Assembly (NCBI RefSeq): GCF_030684315.1
Contig: NC_081359.1
Coordinates: forward strand, 95,822,838 to 95,886,837
DNA from: Stegostoma tigrinum
Lineage: Eukaryota
Reading direction: 5' to 3'
Length of the DNA stretch: 64,000 nt
Of the stretch, positions 36,432-51,695 are shown piece by piece; positions within the stretch are counted from its first letter, which is position 1, and the number at the start of each line of letters is the position of its first letter. The notes below the pieces were generated by a model, which was not told where the DNA came from, did not search any database, and saw nothing but the letters and a program-made list of their open reading frames with translations. The translations under genes and the position numbers were made by a program.

Positions 36432-39400
36432 CAAGCTGGATATTCAGTCAGGTGGAAAAACATGATCTGAAGACCCTATTTATTTAATGAACCAGTCTGC
36501 TGCAGAGGTAGAACCAGACAGTGCCAGGATGAGTGGATGACAGAAGTCGGGGTAAACATTATCTGAAAACTCCAAATTTGGGACAGCCAGCCCAGTGCAT
36601 AGTGGTAAGACCTCACACGGTAAGGTTAAGCTTGGTTTATGTAGGTGCTGGACAAGAAACTAGGTTAAGAAATTTGCACAGCAAAGTGAAATGAAGTGAT
36701 TTCAAATCTATCAGAACAGAATTGGGGTGACTAGATAAAGAAATCAGTTAGAACACTCCCAATTCAAAGTATATGGCTGCTAATATTATTTCACTGATGA
36801 AAATTAATGTATTCCTTTTGTTGAAATTGGATGGATACATTGTCTATGTATCTGAGTATTGCTGAAAAAAAAAGACAGGCTCTTGCATTAAGACTGATGC
36901 AAGAGTACCAAATTGAAAAGGAAACATTAATTAATTAAACAACATTGATTGATGACTATCTGCATCACTGAGTGACAGATGCACACTGTTCACTACATAG
37001 CACATGCATGATTATTAGATTGCATCTCAATATGACTATTTCAAGACTGATTATTTTTCACATTTAAACTGACGTTCTCACTCCTTCAAAGTCATTACCT
37101 CAATTCTGCCCTCAATTAAAATAGGGTGTTGTGTGGTGATCATTCTTAGAAAGCAATCAGGAATGAGAATATTTGAACACTGTTTAGCTCCTAAGGTCAG
37201 TAGTTGTTCTGCCTTGTCAGTAACTGAAACAAACACAGTCCTGGGATTAATCCGAGTACTTCCATGATCGATACATGTGTATCTTTTTCTTCTTCTCATT
37301 TATGAAAAAAAATGCTTTGTTTCCCAACCAGTTATGGTTTTGAGATATTTTCTAATCAACCTGTTCAGACAGATGTTATTGCATACCTCTGGAGCAGGTG
37401 AGACTTGAGCTCAGGCCTCCTAGCTCAGCGGTATGGACACTATTATAATACCACAACAGCCTTCACCAACTATGTTTTTTGAGTATCAGTTCAATAATTT
37501 ACCAGGTCTACTGTATCAGTACATTTATTGTTAACACATTTCTTATCGTGTGGATAAAACAACATAGGCCATTAATTTAAAATCACATTGATTGATAATA
37601 CAATGCAACTGTTTCAAGTTAAAATATTCCATTTGTTATCCCATTACTAGTTGCACAATCTGTTTAGTCAGTCAATGCATGTTAATTGCTTGTAGTTACC
37701 ACTCAATTATTAAAATACAAATGTTTCATTTTCAGTTTCCTCCAGATGCTGAGCTAAGGTGGATGGTGTTCAGGTTATGATGCAGGATAACTGGGCACAA
37801 ATCAATGTTGCCAAATTTCACACTTGATAACCTTAGCCCTTTGACAACCAAGAATTGTTTTCAGACCTGGCTAAAGGACCCTCCCTAATTCTGTTTAGTG
37901 CAGGTCATATTTCAGCAATAAAATTGATTAACAGTTAAAAGGAAATTTATGAAATATTATAATCTTTGTAAAGACATTTAAAAAAAGACCATTCTTCCAG
38001 TCAACAACTGAAGGGATAATGTGTCAAGTTTCATACTTTAAGATTTTTATAGTAAGATAAGATGAAAAGCACATCAATTAAACACTATTTTTGTCGGAAA
38101 CTTAGACTTTGTATCACAGAACAACGCTTTTCCTTTCAGCACAACTGAAATGCAATACACATATGCATCACAGGTGTATTTTACCAAATGCTTTAAGTGG
38201 ATATTCAGTTTGCCTGGAATTGATTCAATATGATTCTTAGTTCTCAAGGACTTACATCTGCTCTTTGTTTTTCTCAGCCTGGGAACTTTTAACCTTAGAA
38301 ATGTATTTTACGATGAGGATTTTCTCCCAGTGTTTCTTCCCCTTGTATACCTGGCAGCTCTTTCAGCCTCATTTTAACTCTTCATGATTTATTTTCTCCA
38401 ATCTGAGCATTAGCTCCCACTTGCATTCACCCAAAATGAACGCCAGTTACTTATACTTGTTTCCCCTACCCTGAATTCTTACTGACCACCTGTGCCTATG
38501 AGTTTTCAGGGAAGTCTTAGAAACCTTTCCCATGAAAGAAATCCATTTCCATGCCAATATGAATCACAGACTTTTTATGCTAGACAGAAATGCTGATTAG
38601 CTATTCTTGAAATCTCAAATCTCTAGTACCTTGGAGATAATTTAAAACATATCTGTTTACAGCCTGACCCACTCTTGGTGATTTTGAAGAATCGAGGGCT
38701 TTGGTTATTGTCTCTAAATACCTTGCACATCCTTCCCAATAAATCAAATTTGGTCCCCTTTAACATTTAGCAATGAAAACAACAAGATGTATTGTCGGGC
38801 AAACTTCAGAATAAGTTAGATGATCCTCGGTATCGTAACTAAAATTAAAAGTAAGTTTTCAAATTATAACAGTCATACTTTATCTAAGTTAAAAAGATGC
38901 CAAGAAAGAGAAACATTCTTTAGCAGTTCTTTTGCCCAAAGGGATGTCAAAACCATACTGCCATGTCTTCCATCATGGGTAGGAAATGATAGTGGTCCCA
39001 AATTTACCCTGGTGCTGTTGGCACCAATCTGATCCACTCCAGCTATTCAGTCAGCTGAACCCCGAAGCAATCAGAAACAAAATCAGAAATCGCTGGGAAA
39101 ACTCAGCAGGTCTGGTAGCATCTGTGGAGAGAAAGCAGAGTCAATATTTCAGGTCTAGGGAATCTTCTTCAGAACTGGAAGGATCCACAAAGAATCAGAG
39201 TTTCTCTGGCAACATATATGTTGCAGTCTGGAGGTATGAATGGTGATGGTTGACAGTCTAAGTTTCTTGACGTGACATTATCTGACCTGGAGTCACTTCT
39301 GCTCTTTTTGTTTGCCATTGACATTTGTTGAAAGGATTTATAGGTTGGTCACACACGGAAGTGAAGAGGGACATAAACGGAGCTTCTGGGTCAAGGGCAG

Positions 39401-40134
39401 GGATGCTACTCACTACAGCGTGTGACTTCCCATTTTGAACTGTTTACGTTAAAACTGATGCAGTCTGATTCATATCAAAATGCAAATTGAATTAAATGAT
39501 TTATTGTCACTTTCATTTTACAGTGAGTAATACAGGAAAATCCAGTGAAAATCTTCAACTGTCGCCACAATCTGGCACCATTTTGAATAGTTTAAGAATA
39601 AAAAAGATATAACTTTGTAAATATGATAGATGTAAATACTTATAAACAAAGATATAGATATGATATGGTATTGTATAGAAATCAGCGTAAAACTAACTTG
39701 TAATTAAAGTCTATGGAATATTGCAAATCCAGGGCTCGGGTACTATTTGCTACAGAGACGAAAATGGCCTTTCAAACATATGAGCAATGTGTAAAGTCTG
39801 TGCATTCTACTAAGTGTTCATTTTTTTCTTAAATGCTGCTTATTATGTCAAAATGTTAACTTGTGCTAATGTATAGATTGTTATAAATTACATAATATGT
39901 AATGCTCGTTAGTCGCCAAATTGGCATTCTGTCATCTCCTTAAGTGAGAGATGTAATTTTATGCATGTCCTTTTTAAGTAAGTTTTTTCTCAGATCATTT
40001 AATGTGCAGTTTTAAGCCATATTTGCACATGTACACAAATGATTCATTCCTTTCCCAAATCATATCTACTTGTTCAAATGAAATAACTTACATCTTGCCA
40101 AGGAGAATGATGAAAGATGTAAAACCAAACAAAG

Positions 40135-40800
40135 AACTGCAATCTGAAACATGGAAAAAAAACAGAAATTGTTGGAGAAACTCAGTAGATCAGGCAGCGT
40201 CTGTAAGAAGAACAAAACAGAGAAATGGTTTGAGTGACCTTTCTTCAGTACTAGTAGCAGCTTGGAGAAGGTACATATGCTGTTGATGGATGGGTAGGAG
40301 GAAAAGGAGCGAGTGGATAGGTGGAGATGAAAAAGACAGAGAGAGAGAAAGAAAGAGAAGAAACGGGTGAAGAAGCATCTGGGCCCGAAATGTCAGCTTT
40401 CCTGCTCCTCGGACGCTGCTTGGCTTGCTGTGTTCCTCCAGCTCTACACCTTATTATCCTAGACACACAAGGGGATTGTTGACAGTAAACCAGACAAGAA
40501 GAGAGGCTAGATAGGTGACAATGGGGGCTACAAGTAATTGAAAGTGGATTGGGGTTGTGCCGAAAGAAACCCATTTTATACTGGGAACTGGACTTACCGG
40601 GGTAGGTAGTACTCATGGAAGGAGGTGTTCATGCTCTGAAATTGTTAAACTTGGTCCTGAGTTCTGATGGCCAAAAGGCACCCAAGTAGAAAATTAGGTG
40701 TGGTTCCTCAAGCTTGGCTGGAACACTACAGCATGACTTCGACAGAAATGTTGGCATGGGAACACCGTGATGTGTTGAAGTGGCAAGCAACTGGAATCCT
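40135..40800 (-). mobile_element. old Penelope-like 3' end with a nested + strand PLE terminus (~40368-40460)
   Basis: Minus frame KLEEPHLIFYLGAFWPSELRTKFNNFRA* resembles the GIY-YIG C-terminus of the 52327 ORF. Confidence 0.65.
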
Positions 40801-41150
40801 GATGTCTTGCTAAATATGGAGATGGACTGCTTCAGAGTCTGATGAGTCTCAAATATTTCTGAACATTGTGTGACATCGGTGAACAGTCCCACTTCTAACC
40901 TTATCATGGAGAGAAGATCATTGATGAAGAAACCGAAGGTGGTTCGGCCAAGGACACTATCCTGAGGAACTCTTGCAGAGATGTCCTGGGTCTGAGGTAA
41001 CAACCTCCAACAACCACACCCATCTTGGTCTGTGCAAGGTATAACTCCAGTTTTCCTTTGATTTGCAATGACTCCAGTCCTGCTCAGTTTCCTTGATTCT
41101 GTACTTGCTCAAATGTTGCCTTGATGTTCGGGGCAGCCACTCTCACTTGA
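40800..41150 (-). mobile_element. LINE RT fragment
   Basis: Minus frame VPQDSVLGRTTFGFFINDL...LFTD; GNIWAS/DIKATF-type remnant. Confidence 0.75.
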
Positions 41151-43139
41151 CCTTATCATTGGGGTAATTGCACAAAGGAAGTGATTATTATTTATTAAGG
41201 TTGAAAAAGATGAAGCGATGCACCATTTCCTGAAGTCAAGCATTTCTTCCTCATCTATTCATACATTGTGTGTTTTCCAGGTTGGAAACAAAAAGTGCCC
41301 AGAGCGTTACAGGGCTGGTATACAAACCAGCTTCTGCAGAATGTGCAGTGACATTGCTGTAATATAAATTTAAACAGACACAGTTGACCAGGCAGTTTGC
41401 TTACTTGGCAAGCATCTGACCACATTGCATCCACGCAACGTGAGGATATTTGCACTTTGACATTTTTGGTCTGGTGATCAACGCAACGTTTGTTTTCACG
41501 GCTGCTTTGAGAACCTGGCCATCCTCTACCACCATCAGACCCAGTCTCTGAACTGTCAGCTCTGAGCCCCACCTCCATTCTTGATGGCCAGCAAAGGTGT
41601 GTCATAATGTGGTCAAACGGGTCAACTATAAATGTGCAAATCCTTTTGAAAACCTCTGTGTTAAAAATGGAAGCGCTTTCTGGTCAGAAAGAAGCATGTA
41701 GCAATTGTAGTATAACAGCCCGTCCATATTAGAAGACGCCATGTGCAGGTTCTGGCTATGAGAGATGACCACTTGTACACATTTTGAGCACCACACAACT
41801 CCCAGTGTTGACTCCATGGTAATTGTATTGATAGCTAAAATGAAAGCTCCATGTACGTGCTACTCAAGACTGTTTCTACAGAAAGGTATTCAGTTCTAAA
41901 TTACTTTACCTTATGATCTGAGCAAGTTAAGCATCAATGTTATTTATCCAGCTTGTTTATTGAATAATACTTGAACTAACTCTGGTTCATCATCTCTTGA
42001 TAGCCAAAATGCAAACCCTGGTGCCTGAAACTTGTCAGAATTCTAAAGTAAAATTGAATGTATCAACAATGGGGTGGAGTTATCCTGTGCCTCCAAGAAC
42101 TGGACCAGTACCAATATGAACAAGTTGACAGCACCTCTTGGGGTGACTTTTCAACTGGTTACCATTCGCTTCTGAGCTGAATAATACGGTTCCAGGAGCT
42201 AAAAGTTAAAGGAGAGTGCAAGAAGGCAGAAATAATATCATCTGTCTCACTACTGGCTGATACTTCCTTGAGGCTATTTTGATACATATTCATAGTGTCA
42301 TGCAATATGGAAACAGGCCCTTTGGTCCAACCAGTCTATGCCAACCAGAATCCCAAACTCAACAAATCCCATCTGCCTGCACTTGGCCATATTGCTCCAA
42401 ACATTTCTTATACTTGGTATAGACTAGCTATTGTGCAAACATTCAATCCTTGTGAAGTAGGTGGCCAGTGAATGCCTCTTAGAATGGAAACATATAGAAT
42501 AGGAATAGCAGTAGGCCATTCAGCCCTTCAAGCCTAATCTGCCATTCAATACGGTCATGGCTGATCATCTAACTCAATACCCTGTTCCCTTCTTCTCTCC
42601 CTATCCTTTGATCCCTTAATCCCAAAGAACAGTGTCTAACCCCTTGACAGCATTCGATGTTTTGTCTTCAACTGAATAAGATTATGGGAGTGTGATTTTA
42701 GAATAAAGAAAACTGTCTTTTTCACTTATTTCCCTGTCATACTTCATGAAACCCAATGCTAAGCAAAATCTAATTCAAATGCACCTTAATTCTGTTCTAA
42801 TCTCGATTGTTTTGTACTTCAGATAAAAAGTGGACGTGCTGACAAACTGTGGCCATTTCTGCAGCCATTGATGTAGGACTATTTTCTGCACTGAGAAAAT
42901 GAGCATTACTTTATGCAGTATTCCTTCATAGTTAATTCAATCACTTGATTTCATAAGTCAAGCGGATAATAAATACAATTCAGTAATCCATGGCAGGACA
43001 TGTACAGGTGATACAGATTAATCATGAATCAGTTTGGATAGTCATCACTGGCCAATGAAAATCACTATGACGAGTCTGATGAGCAAATAAATTCAGTGAA
43101 CATATGATATGAATGATGAATCTTGCATTCCTTATATGA

Positions 43140-43439
<300 letters not shown>

Positions 43440-44052
43440 TAAAACGTGCTGCATTTCAAACGGCAGTAATTTGTAATCTGTTGAGCAAGAAGGTTGCTTT
43501 TCCCAACTGATAGCCTAGCAAAATAATTTCACTGCATTCTTCATTTCCTTTTGACAGATCATCCTATAGAGATTAGATAAGGTGAGAAGGGTAAGGAGTT
43601 GATGCTTACTTTGGTGACCAGTGTTATTTCCTGAGTCTTATTTGATGAGATCATTCACTCCATCTAGTTCATTTTAGGATGACACTTCTTTGATCCGCTA
43701 TTTGTAATGTAGGTATAAAAATGTAAAAATGTATTTCCAGCATTTCTTTGAACAACGGATTAAGGAAGTTCGCATCACCTCCCCTGATTGTTGCGATCCA
43801 TGAAATTTCATCACTCCCTCCAATCTTAGTTCATATTTCTGTTACTCTTCTCCCGAGACAATGTTAAATAGGCCATGGGAAATCGCAAGCTTGGGGCATT
43901 GCAGTGAAAATGGGAAGTGACATTTATATAAAGGGCTTTAAGGAAGATTATAGTGGAGAAATTTGAGGCAGGGAAAGCGGAGGCAAGCTAAAGATTGAAA
44001 TCACAAACCATCATAAGAATTTCTGCAAAGAGACATATGTTGAAGTTTTTTG

Positions 44053-44237
44053 AGATAACAAGGTGTAGAGCTGGATGAACACAGCTGGCCAAGCAGCATC
44101 AGAGGAGCAGGAAAGCTGACATTTCAGGCCTAGACCCTTCTTTAGATTTTCTGAAGAAGGGTCTAGGCTCAAAATGTTCATCCAGCTCTACACCTTGTTA
44201 TATCAGATTCTCCAGCATCTGCAGTTCCTACTACCCC
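44053..44237. mobile_element. palindromic PLE terminal element
   Basis: 17-bp TSD tatgttgaagYtttttg at 44036-44052 / 44238-44254. Confidence 0.8.
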
Positions 44238-44430
44238 TATGTTGAAGCTTTTTGTCCTGCACTTATCAGGTCATTCTGCAAGAATACCAATTTAAAGGGA
44301 AAGCCATCATTTCAACAGTGTAAGTGTCCGTTTTCCTTTAAAATTGTTATTCTTGCAATCTACCCAGATGTGTGTAAGATGAAAATCTTTAGTACAATTG
44401 CCTTTTTCAGCAATACTCATGTTCTGTGCT
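44238..44430. mobile_element. ancient hairpin element, fourth HHR-like family
   Basis: Arms gcaagaataccaatttaaagg / cctttaaaattgttattcttgc; minus-strand cctgataa-gtgcaggac-aaaaagcttc is HHR-like; relatives at 54272 and 62290. Confidence 0.5.
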
Positions 44431-44459
44431 ACCAATTGTCTTTTTTAATAGTAACTTAA

Positions 44460-44980
44460 TAATACCAGATACTGTGGATGCTGAAAATCTGAAATGAAAT
44501 CAATAAAATAAGGTGAAAATACTCAACATATCAAGTAAGGCCTATAAAGAGATTAAAAGAGGTAATATTTCGGAGCGATGACCTTTCATCAGATTGGAAC
44601 ATCCTGAAATGTTCTGGATAATGTGTTACTGCCACAGATGAAAGACAGGAAAGAGGATATCTCAGAAAGTAAAGTTGGCATGTGACTTAGAATGGAAAAA
44701 GAGGTGAAGGTGTCAGAGGAATAGACCCAGATGTCACTGAACTGAATTAAAATAGGAGCTGCTGAGAAACTCAGCCAGTTTCGGAACATGTGTAGATAGA
44801 AACAGAGCCAATTCTTCAACACCAATAACTCTTTGGCAAAATTGAAGTAAAAGTTCTGTAGAAAAGTCATATTGAAATCAAAGGGTCAATGGTGTTTCTC
44901 CACTGATATGGCCAGAATGTTGAGTATTTCAGGACTTTCTGTTTTTATTTAGGATCTTCAGCATCTGCAGTATTTTGCGT
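44460..44980. mobile_element. decayed third-family PLE terminal repeats in inverted arrangement
   Basis: atactgtggatgctgaaaatct ... gatcttcagcatctgcagtatt termini. Confidence 0.5.
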
Positions 44981-45914
44981 TTATCTCACTCTAAGCTGGT
45001 TCTGGGCAGGCATTATAGACAAAAATTTAGCTGCAAATTTATTACTGTATTGTTGATTCACTACTGCCTGCTTCCACAGGAATTTGGAACAATTGATACA
45101 GCAATAACTTTGAGTCCAGGCACGTTCATTTAGCAGTGATCCCTGGAAAACATATTTTGTAGATTGCAAACCTAAACTCTGGTGTATATATGAGGAAGTC
45201 AGATACAGAATTGTTCCTCCTGCTGGAATTGAACATGTAGATGCCAAGCGACAGACAGCTTGGTCGGGCATCAATAGCAATGATCAGTTGTGGCTTGAAA
45301 CCTGGCTCCACCTCCTTGCATGTATGTAGCAGCCCTAGCTTTGGAGATGGCAGCAGATGCCTCAGAGGCTTGAAGGCCAATTTTGTCCATTTTCAGGTCT
45401 ATACAAAGACACAGTCACTCTGCACCTTAGCAGCCATCAAACAGCAATTGGGTACAATGCTGTTCACTTCACTTCAAGCCATCCAGTGGGTTTTCTATTC
45501 TTTCCCAATTGGAATGATGTGCAGAGTTACTGGGAAAAGGCAGGAGATTGACACTAAGTCAAAATGCTTAGAGTGCAATTGCAGACATGGTGGGCTGAAT
45601 GGCCTTCCTCTGCAACAAATCTGTGACTGCCTGACTTATTTTTGTTTGCCACTTCCTTTTTCAGGCTTGACAATGGCAACTAATGGGCTTACAAACCATA
45701 ACTGCTTGTTTTTAAAGTTTTAGTCATTCATTTTTCTGTTACTCTGGTCGTGAGTATACTGCCTGCACTTTTCCTGAATGTATACTGCTTCAAAGGGGAG
45801 GTCAACACCTCTCTGATAATTAAAACTGAAAGAGAAGCTCATGTCATCTCATAATCTGTTAAAGTAAATGTGAAAAGTGGTATAACCTGCCTCTCAATTC
45901 TCTGCTTCCAAATC

Positions 45915-46713
45915 TGTTATAAAGGAGTGGTTAAACGAAGTAAAATGTTTTCACTTAATCTGTAATCGACCAATAAAATTTCATTTATCTATCTCTAACA
46001 GTAAAACAATTAACATAACTACTAACAAAACGAACAATTCCCCCCTAACTACTAACTATTCCTAAATCAAACAAGAGTCTAATGATATGCTGTTTCAATA
46101 AATATAATTCCCACTTATATAAACTAAAGTAATAAGAAAAGTAAATTAAAACATAGTCTTTCAAAATTAAAGCCAGAGTAAGTTTTTTTACCCTCTTTAC
46201 TGATCCTCAGTCAGCAATGCCTTTCTCTGTCAAATTCTTGTGTCAGGAATATTAGCTAAGAATGCCGCTGTAACTTTAGATAATGGTTTTCTGAGAGCTT
46301 AGAGAATTCTGTGAAAGTCAATGATTTTTATTTTAAAGCTGAGAGCTGTTCACTTGGGAGATGACAGTTGACTCTCACACTGATTTTCTAATGCCCTCTT
46401 CTTTTATACCGTTAATCACCTATAAATTTCCTACAATAGGACTTGTTCTAGTTTGCCAAAACCATCAGATTTAAATCTAATTGGGTTTTGGTATCTAGAG
46501 CCTGGTTTAGATTAATTGGCTAAATTCCAAAAACCTGCTGTCTTGGTAAAAATGCCACTTTGCCTGCTAGCAGTGTACAATGTTTATACAATGTTTCAAT
46601 TTCGAGGACTTTCTGTGTACCTGCTGCTACCTGCAGGCTTTTGTTTTAAATCCCCAAGCCTAAAAAAACACATCATCTTTTAAAGGGACCACACACTATT
46701 TTCCCTACTTACA
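45915..46713. mobile_element. possible solo LTR
   Basis: TGTTA...TTACA ends and a distinct composition; no convincing TSD. Confidence 0.25.
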
Positions 46714-49562
46714 AACATTAAATGTTCTACCCAACGCTCAACTGTACCTGAAGATATATGAATTAGTGGATCTTAATTTTTTTATATATCAGAAATAGTT
46801 TATTTCTATTTGTGTATAAAATCCCCCATCTATTTTTTCAGGTGTAAACAACATCAGTAGTACAAAATCTAGGCATTAGCATCTTGGCTTTCATATGAAA
46901 AATTGTCATTTTATCAGAAGTGTTGATTTCTGCTGAATCACACCTTTTCATGTGGTTGGAACATTAAGCTTTGCAATATGTGCTGACCCAGTGTAGCATA
47001 AAATAACTCCTCCAAATTCAAAGTATGTACCTTTCTTGTTATGATCCTTCTGTGACTGCACGCCCATGTAGCAAGCAGAATAGATTTCATGCACGAGTTA
47101 TTCAACATTAAAATATAAGCGATAATTGAGAACATACAAGTATGAAGATTTCATGGAAGAGTGATTTTCTACAATACCAATCGTAAACTTCTGCAAGTGC
47201 AGAGAGATTGTTACTGTAGGATAGCAAAATTTAACATCAGTCTACATTGTACCACCGTTATTTTGATCTCCCTTCATCGTACTATAATGCATTTTGATAC
47301 ATGCATATGTCAACCCTAGGTTCTTTCAATGACATATGCAGTTTATTTAATAGAAGATCCCAGTTAATTTGGCTAGATCACCCTTCAACTCTCTATTCAA
47401 GCTACTGGGAAAATATATGGCTTCTGCTTGAAATTGCAACTGAATGCCTGGATGAAACTGGACACAATTGCTTAGGAAATTATTTGTGCACTAATCCACT
47501 GACACAAACATAATTGGCTTAGCATCTCACCTTCCTCTGTGTCATTATGTATTAATCATTTCAGTGCTTCAAGACAAACTGTATTAATGCAATTTGAACT
47601 TCTGGTCAGTGGTTTCCATTTATCACTTTTGATGGATGCCATTGATCCTTTGATTCCTTATCTCAATACAATTTAGTTAATACTCATGCTTTTGTCGTTG
47701 ATCCAGCTAATTCTTTGAAGCCTGGACCTTGTCTTTTTTCAAATCTCAAATCCATTTGTTTCCAAGTTTACAAAATTTTTAACATACTCCTAAAGATATA
47801 TGTGAAAAATTATCACCTTGATCACCTGTGGGCCTGGATTTATAATGAGATAGCTGTTGTCATCTGAGGCAAATTGAGAATGGATGAATCACATATTATG
47901 GCATAGAGATTCAAACATTGAAGGAAGTGGCCCAACTAGCCAAAGTACATGTGCAGAGATTCTTATATAAAGTGTCTGATTTAAACCATCACTCTTCAGC
48001 CCCTTTACTTCAACCACATGTCTCAACTGTTCCGAGATACTTACATAGCCTCGGCTTCTACTCGCAAGTAGCCTTCTCTCTGGAAAGGAACAGCCATGAA
48101 GGGTCTTATCACTGTCAGGTGGAAGGTGAATATATACAGATGATAACTGACAACAGAATTGGGCATGATCATAATGGAATACGCATTGGGTACATTTCCC
48201 TATAGCATTACCTGGCTCTGCTGCTGTATCATTGGAAGGAGTTCAGCTGAAATCCTGATAACGTGCACAAAGGAGGTGCAGGAAAAACCCCAAGAAAATT
48301 CATCAACTGTGGTCAGAAGTAATTTTATTACAGTCCAAGTACATTATGTTCTCCAGCTGTTATTTTCTGTACCAACTGTCAGTGTAAAACTGAGTAGCAG
48401 TGTTGCACCTAAATTAATCCGTAAGAGAATTAAATGTTAAGGGGAAAAAGAAGGAAATTGGAGTTGAGGTTATCAGATCAGCCATGATACAATTGAATGG
48501 CAAAGCAGAATCAATGGGCTGAGTGGCCTGTGACTGCCCCTAAATCTTATGAAGATCTTTTGGAGTAGGTTTCCAAAACAGTGGACAGTATTCTGAAAGA
48601 CATATCTTGGAAAGCACCATGGCATTAAGGGCAGTGAGGGAAGATTTTGGGCAAGATGCCTATGGTCCTTAAATTAAGATGGCAGAAGAGAGAAAAAAAT
48701 TGAGTTCATGCTGGTATCCTTGAGGTGTAGCATAAGTAGTAATCATGCTGAAGACAACAGCTAAGTTTGTAATTCAAGGAGTCTCAGTATTTAACTGACA
48801 GTAATCTGTACTTTTGCTAACAGAATTATATTGGCAAAGATGAGATAAAACTTATGTTAATTGTTGAAGCAAAAATATAAATCTGAAATCTTTGAACTTT
48901 AATATTTGATGTTAAACATTAAATATCAAGGTGCAGCAGTGAACATGATTAATTAGCAGATTTATGTCTGACATCACCATTACTTTGCTTAAACAGCAAT
49001 TAAGTTGCTGTTTTTCTGTAGTTATAACTGTTATGAAGAATGAGGTTTTTCAAAAAGTTTGCAATATTTTGCAAAGATGTTGACGTGCAAAGAATATCAG
49101 AAAGAGTTTAATTTTGATTAAACTCTAAAGCTGTTTAAATCGTTAACTTTTCATTTTATTTATTAATCTTTTTGAAGATGCAGGCTTTTCAATAATATGG
49201 AACTGTACGGCTATGAAACTCAATTATTTTTGATGGAGAGCAGCCAACAACTTTGAATTGCAGTAATGTCGCTTAGAGCAATAATACAATTAATCTCCCA
49301 ATGTTATCTGTCTCTGGGTGCATGGTGACAACACCAAAGAAAGATAAATTAATATCATATTAACCCATTCAGCTAAGTGCCATATTTTCTACTCAGTAAA
49401 GGAGTGGGGCAGAAATGCCCTCTTTTGGCCTGACAGTTCCTGAGGATTTCTATGACAGCAGAGGCAGAGACAGGCTATTCCTGTTTCATGCATGGCTGAG
49501 AACTGGTATTTATTCATTATGAAGTCAAACTGTCTTTTGAGAGCTAAGTGAAAGGATCACAT

Positions 49563-49990
49563 AGAGAGTCATGGAGTCACACAGCTTGGAAACAGACCTT
49601 TTGGTCCAACCAGACCATGCCGAACATAATCTCAAACTAAGCTACCCCCAGCTGCCTGCTCATGGCCCATATCCCTCTAAACATTTCCTATTCATGAACT
49701 TATCCAAACGTCTTCTAAATGTTGTAAATAGTATCCACATGCACCACCTCTTCAGGAAGTTCACTCTACACTCAAACCACCCTCTACATAATAAATTTGC
49801 ACCTCATGTCTTTTTAAAATCTCTCTCCTCTCTTCCTTCAAAATGTGCCCCTTTTGAAATCCTCCATCCTAGGGAAGACACACCGGCCTTTAACCCTAAC
49901 TATAGCCCTTGTGATTTTATAAAGTTGTATCAGGCACCTCAAACTCCCATGCTCCAGAGAAAACAGTTCCAGCCTATCCAGCCTGACTTA
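49563..49990 (-). mobile_element. CR1 LINE 3' end
   Basis: Reverse complement of a typical tail (catagagagtcatggagtc...cccatatccctctaaac). Confidence 0.75.
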
Positions 49991-50819
49991 ATCACTTCTG
50001 ATGTTGAACATCTGTTGATTTTGACAAACAATAAGGGACAATAATCACAATGCCATTTTTTTGTCTTTTTTTTCTGTTCAATGAATGCTTGCAGAACTGA
50101 AAAAATGTTAAGATACATTTGAATATTTGAGAAATTCAGATACCAGAAAGTTATTAATGATTATAGCGAGTTTTGATTATTGTGATAATACCAGGAGATG
50201 TTTGACACCCAAGAGATATAACTTTCTCATATCCACTGGTGGTGAGATACCCTTCTCATTACTCATGTTTATCCGAAAATTATTTACACCAATGGGAAAT
50301 TATTCCCAAGTCTATCAATATGACCCATTGTCATTTATATCAAGCAACGATCAAATGTAAAATAAATTCCACTATTCTATGTGCATGATGGAGTAGGAGG
50401 CCATCTATACACCTGGTATACAGCCATTGTAAACCTACTCATTATGATTCTGATACACTGAGTAAATCCTGATCCTTTCTGGTTTAGTCTCCAGTCTCAG
50501 AAGAAAGTTCTGATGTGACATTTCCAGCACCATACACTGGGAATCTTTGTAGCTTTTAGCATGAGATTAAATGCTCAATAATTAGATGCTAGATATGAAA
50601 TTATAGGCAGCAATGTGCTATGCATTTTTGTCCACCAGCATCTGAGTAGCGCTGCTCCAAATGAAAAAGCTCGTGAGTGTAGAGAACTTCCATCAGTTTG
50701 AAATCCACTTCACTGAGGTCAGATGAACAATTGAGGCTTCATTATAAAATAACTGCAAAGAAAATATGGCAGCATTTACTAATTTTGTTGCTGACTCCAG
50801 TTTACTGTTCTTTGCCTGT

Positions 50820-51695
50820 GGGACGACAGTGGTGTTGTCACTGGATATCACTGATTCAAAGGCCCACACTAACGCCCTGGGGACATGGATTCATTTTCCA
50901 AAGTGGCCAGTGGTGAAATGTTAAATTCAATTGATTAAAACTTATTTGGCATTTGAAGTTCATCTCATTAATAGTGCCCTGAAATTATCACCTCACCTTA
51001 AGATTTAATTCCTTTTGCCCAATGCAGGAAAATGGGCAACATAACTCCATCGCTGGCCCTGGTCCGTTACAATCTTTTTTTTCTTCCATCCAGATGGCAT
51101 CCCACTCTTGGAGGCCCTCCTTAAATATACCTCATTGCTTCTTCTTGGGCTAGCTAGCCCCCATCTTCTTCCTCTTCTCTGTCAGTGCCCATTAAACCTC
51201 TACTCTGATGGGCGTATGTTGGGAGGTGAAAGACAGGTACTGCCAGCGTTAGTTATACTTCTGTTACAATGTCCCTCATGCTCATTTGATATTTCCTTTG
51301 TAGCATTTTGTTTTGTGGGCAATGCTGTCTCTGTGCGCTATCTATGGCTGGACTGGTGAAAGACTTACCTGACACCTTTGTGGTCCTCTTCCATGTCACA
51401 CTGGTGTAGATTGTGGAACTGTCATCAGTTGTTGCAAATCCCTATCAGGTCCATGAATGTCCTTTGGTAAAAGAAATCTGCTGTCCTTCCCCAGTCTACC
51501 TTTGACTCAAGAGCATCCTCACAACTTCTTCACTGGGCCACAGTCCCAGAAGTCCCTTTCAAACAACAGTGTGTGAGGCCCTACATCTCATAGCAATCTG
51601 GAAGGCAGGTCACCATCACCTCCTCTGGGGTAGTTAGGGTCAGGCAATAAATGTTGGCCTAGCCAGCAACACACACAACCAATGAATGAATAAAG
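50820..51695 (+). mobile_element. SINE family B split by an unrelated insertion
   Basis: Head gggacgacagtggtgttgtcactgga at ~50821; body resumes at ~51440; tail gaatgaataaa at 51684. Confidence 0.55.
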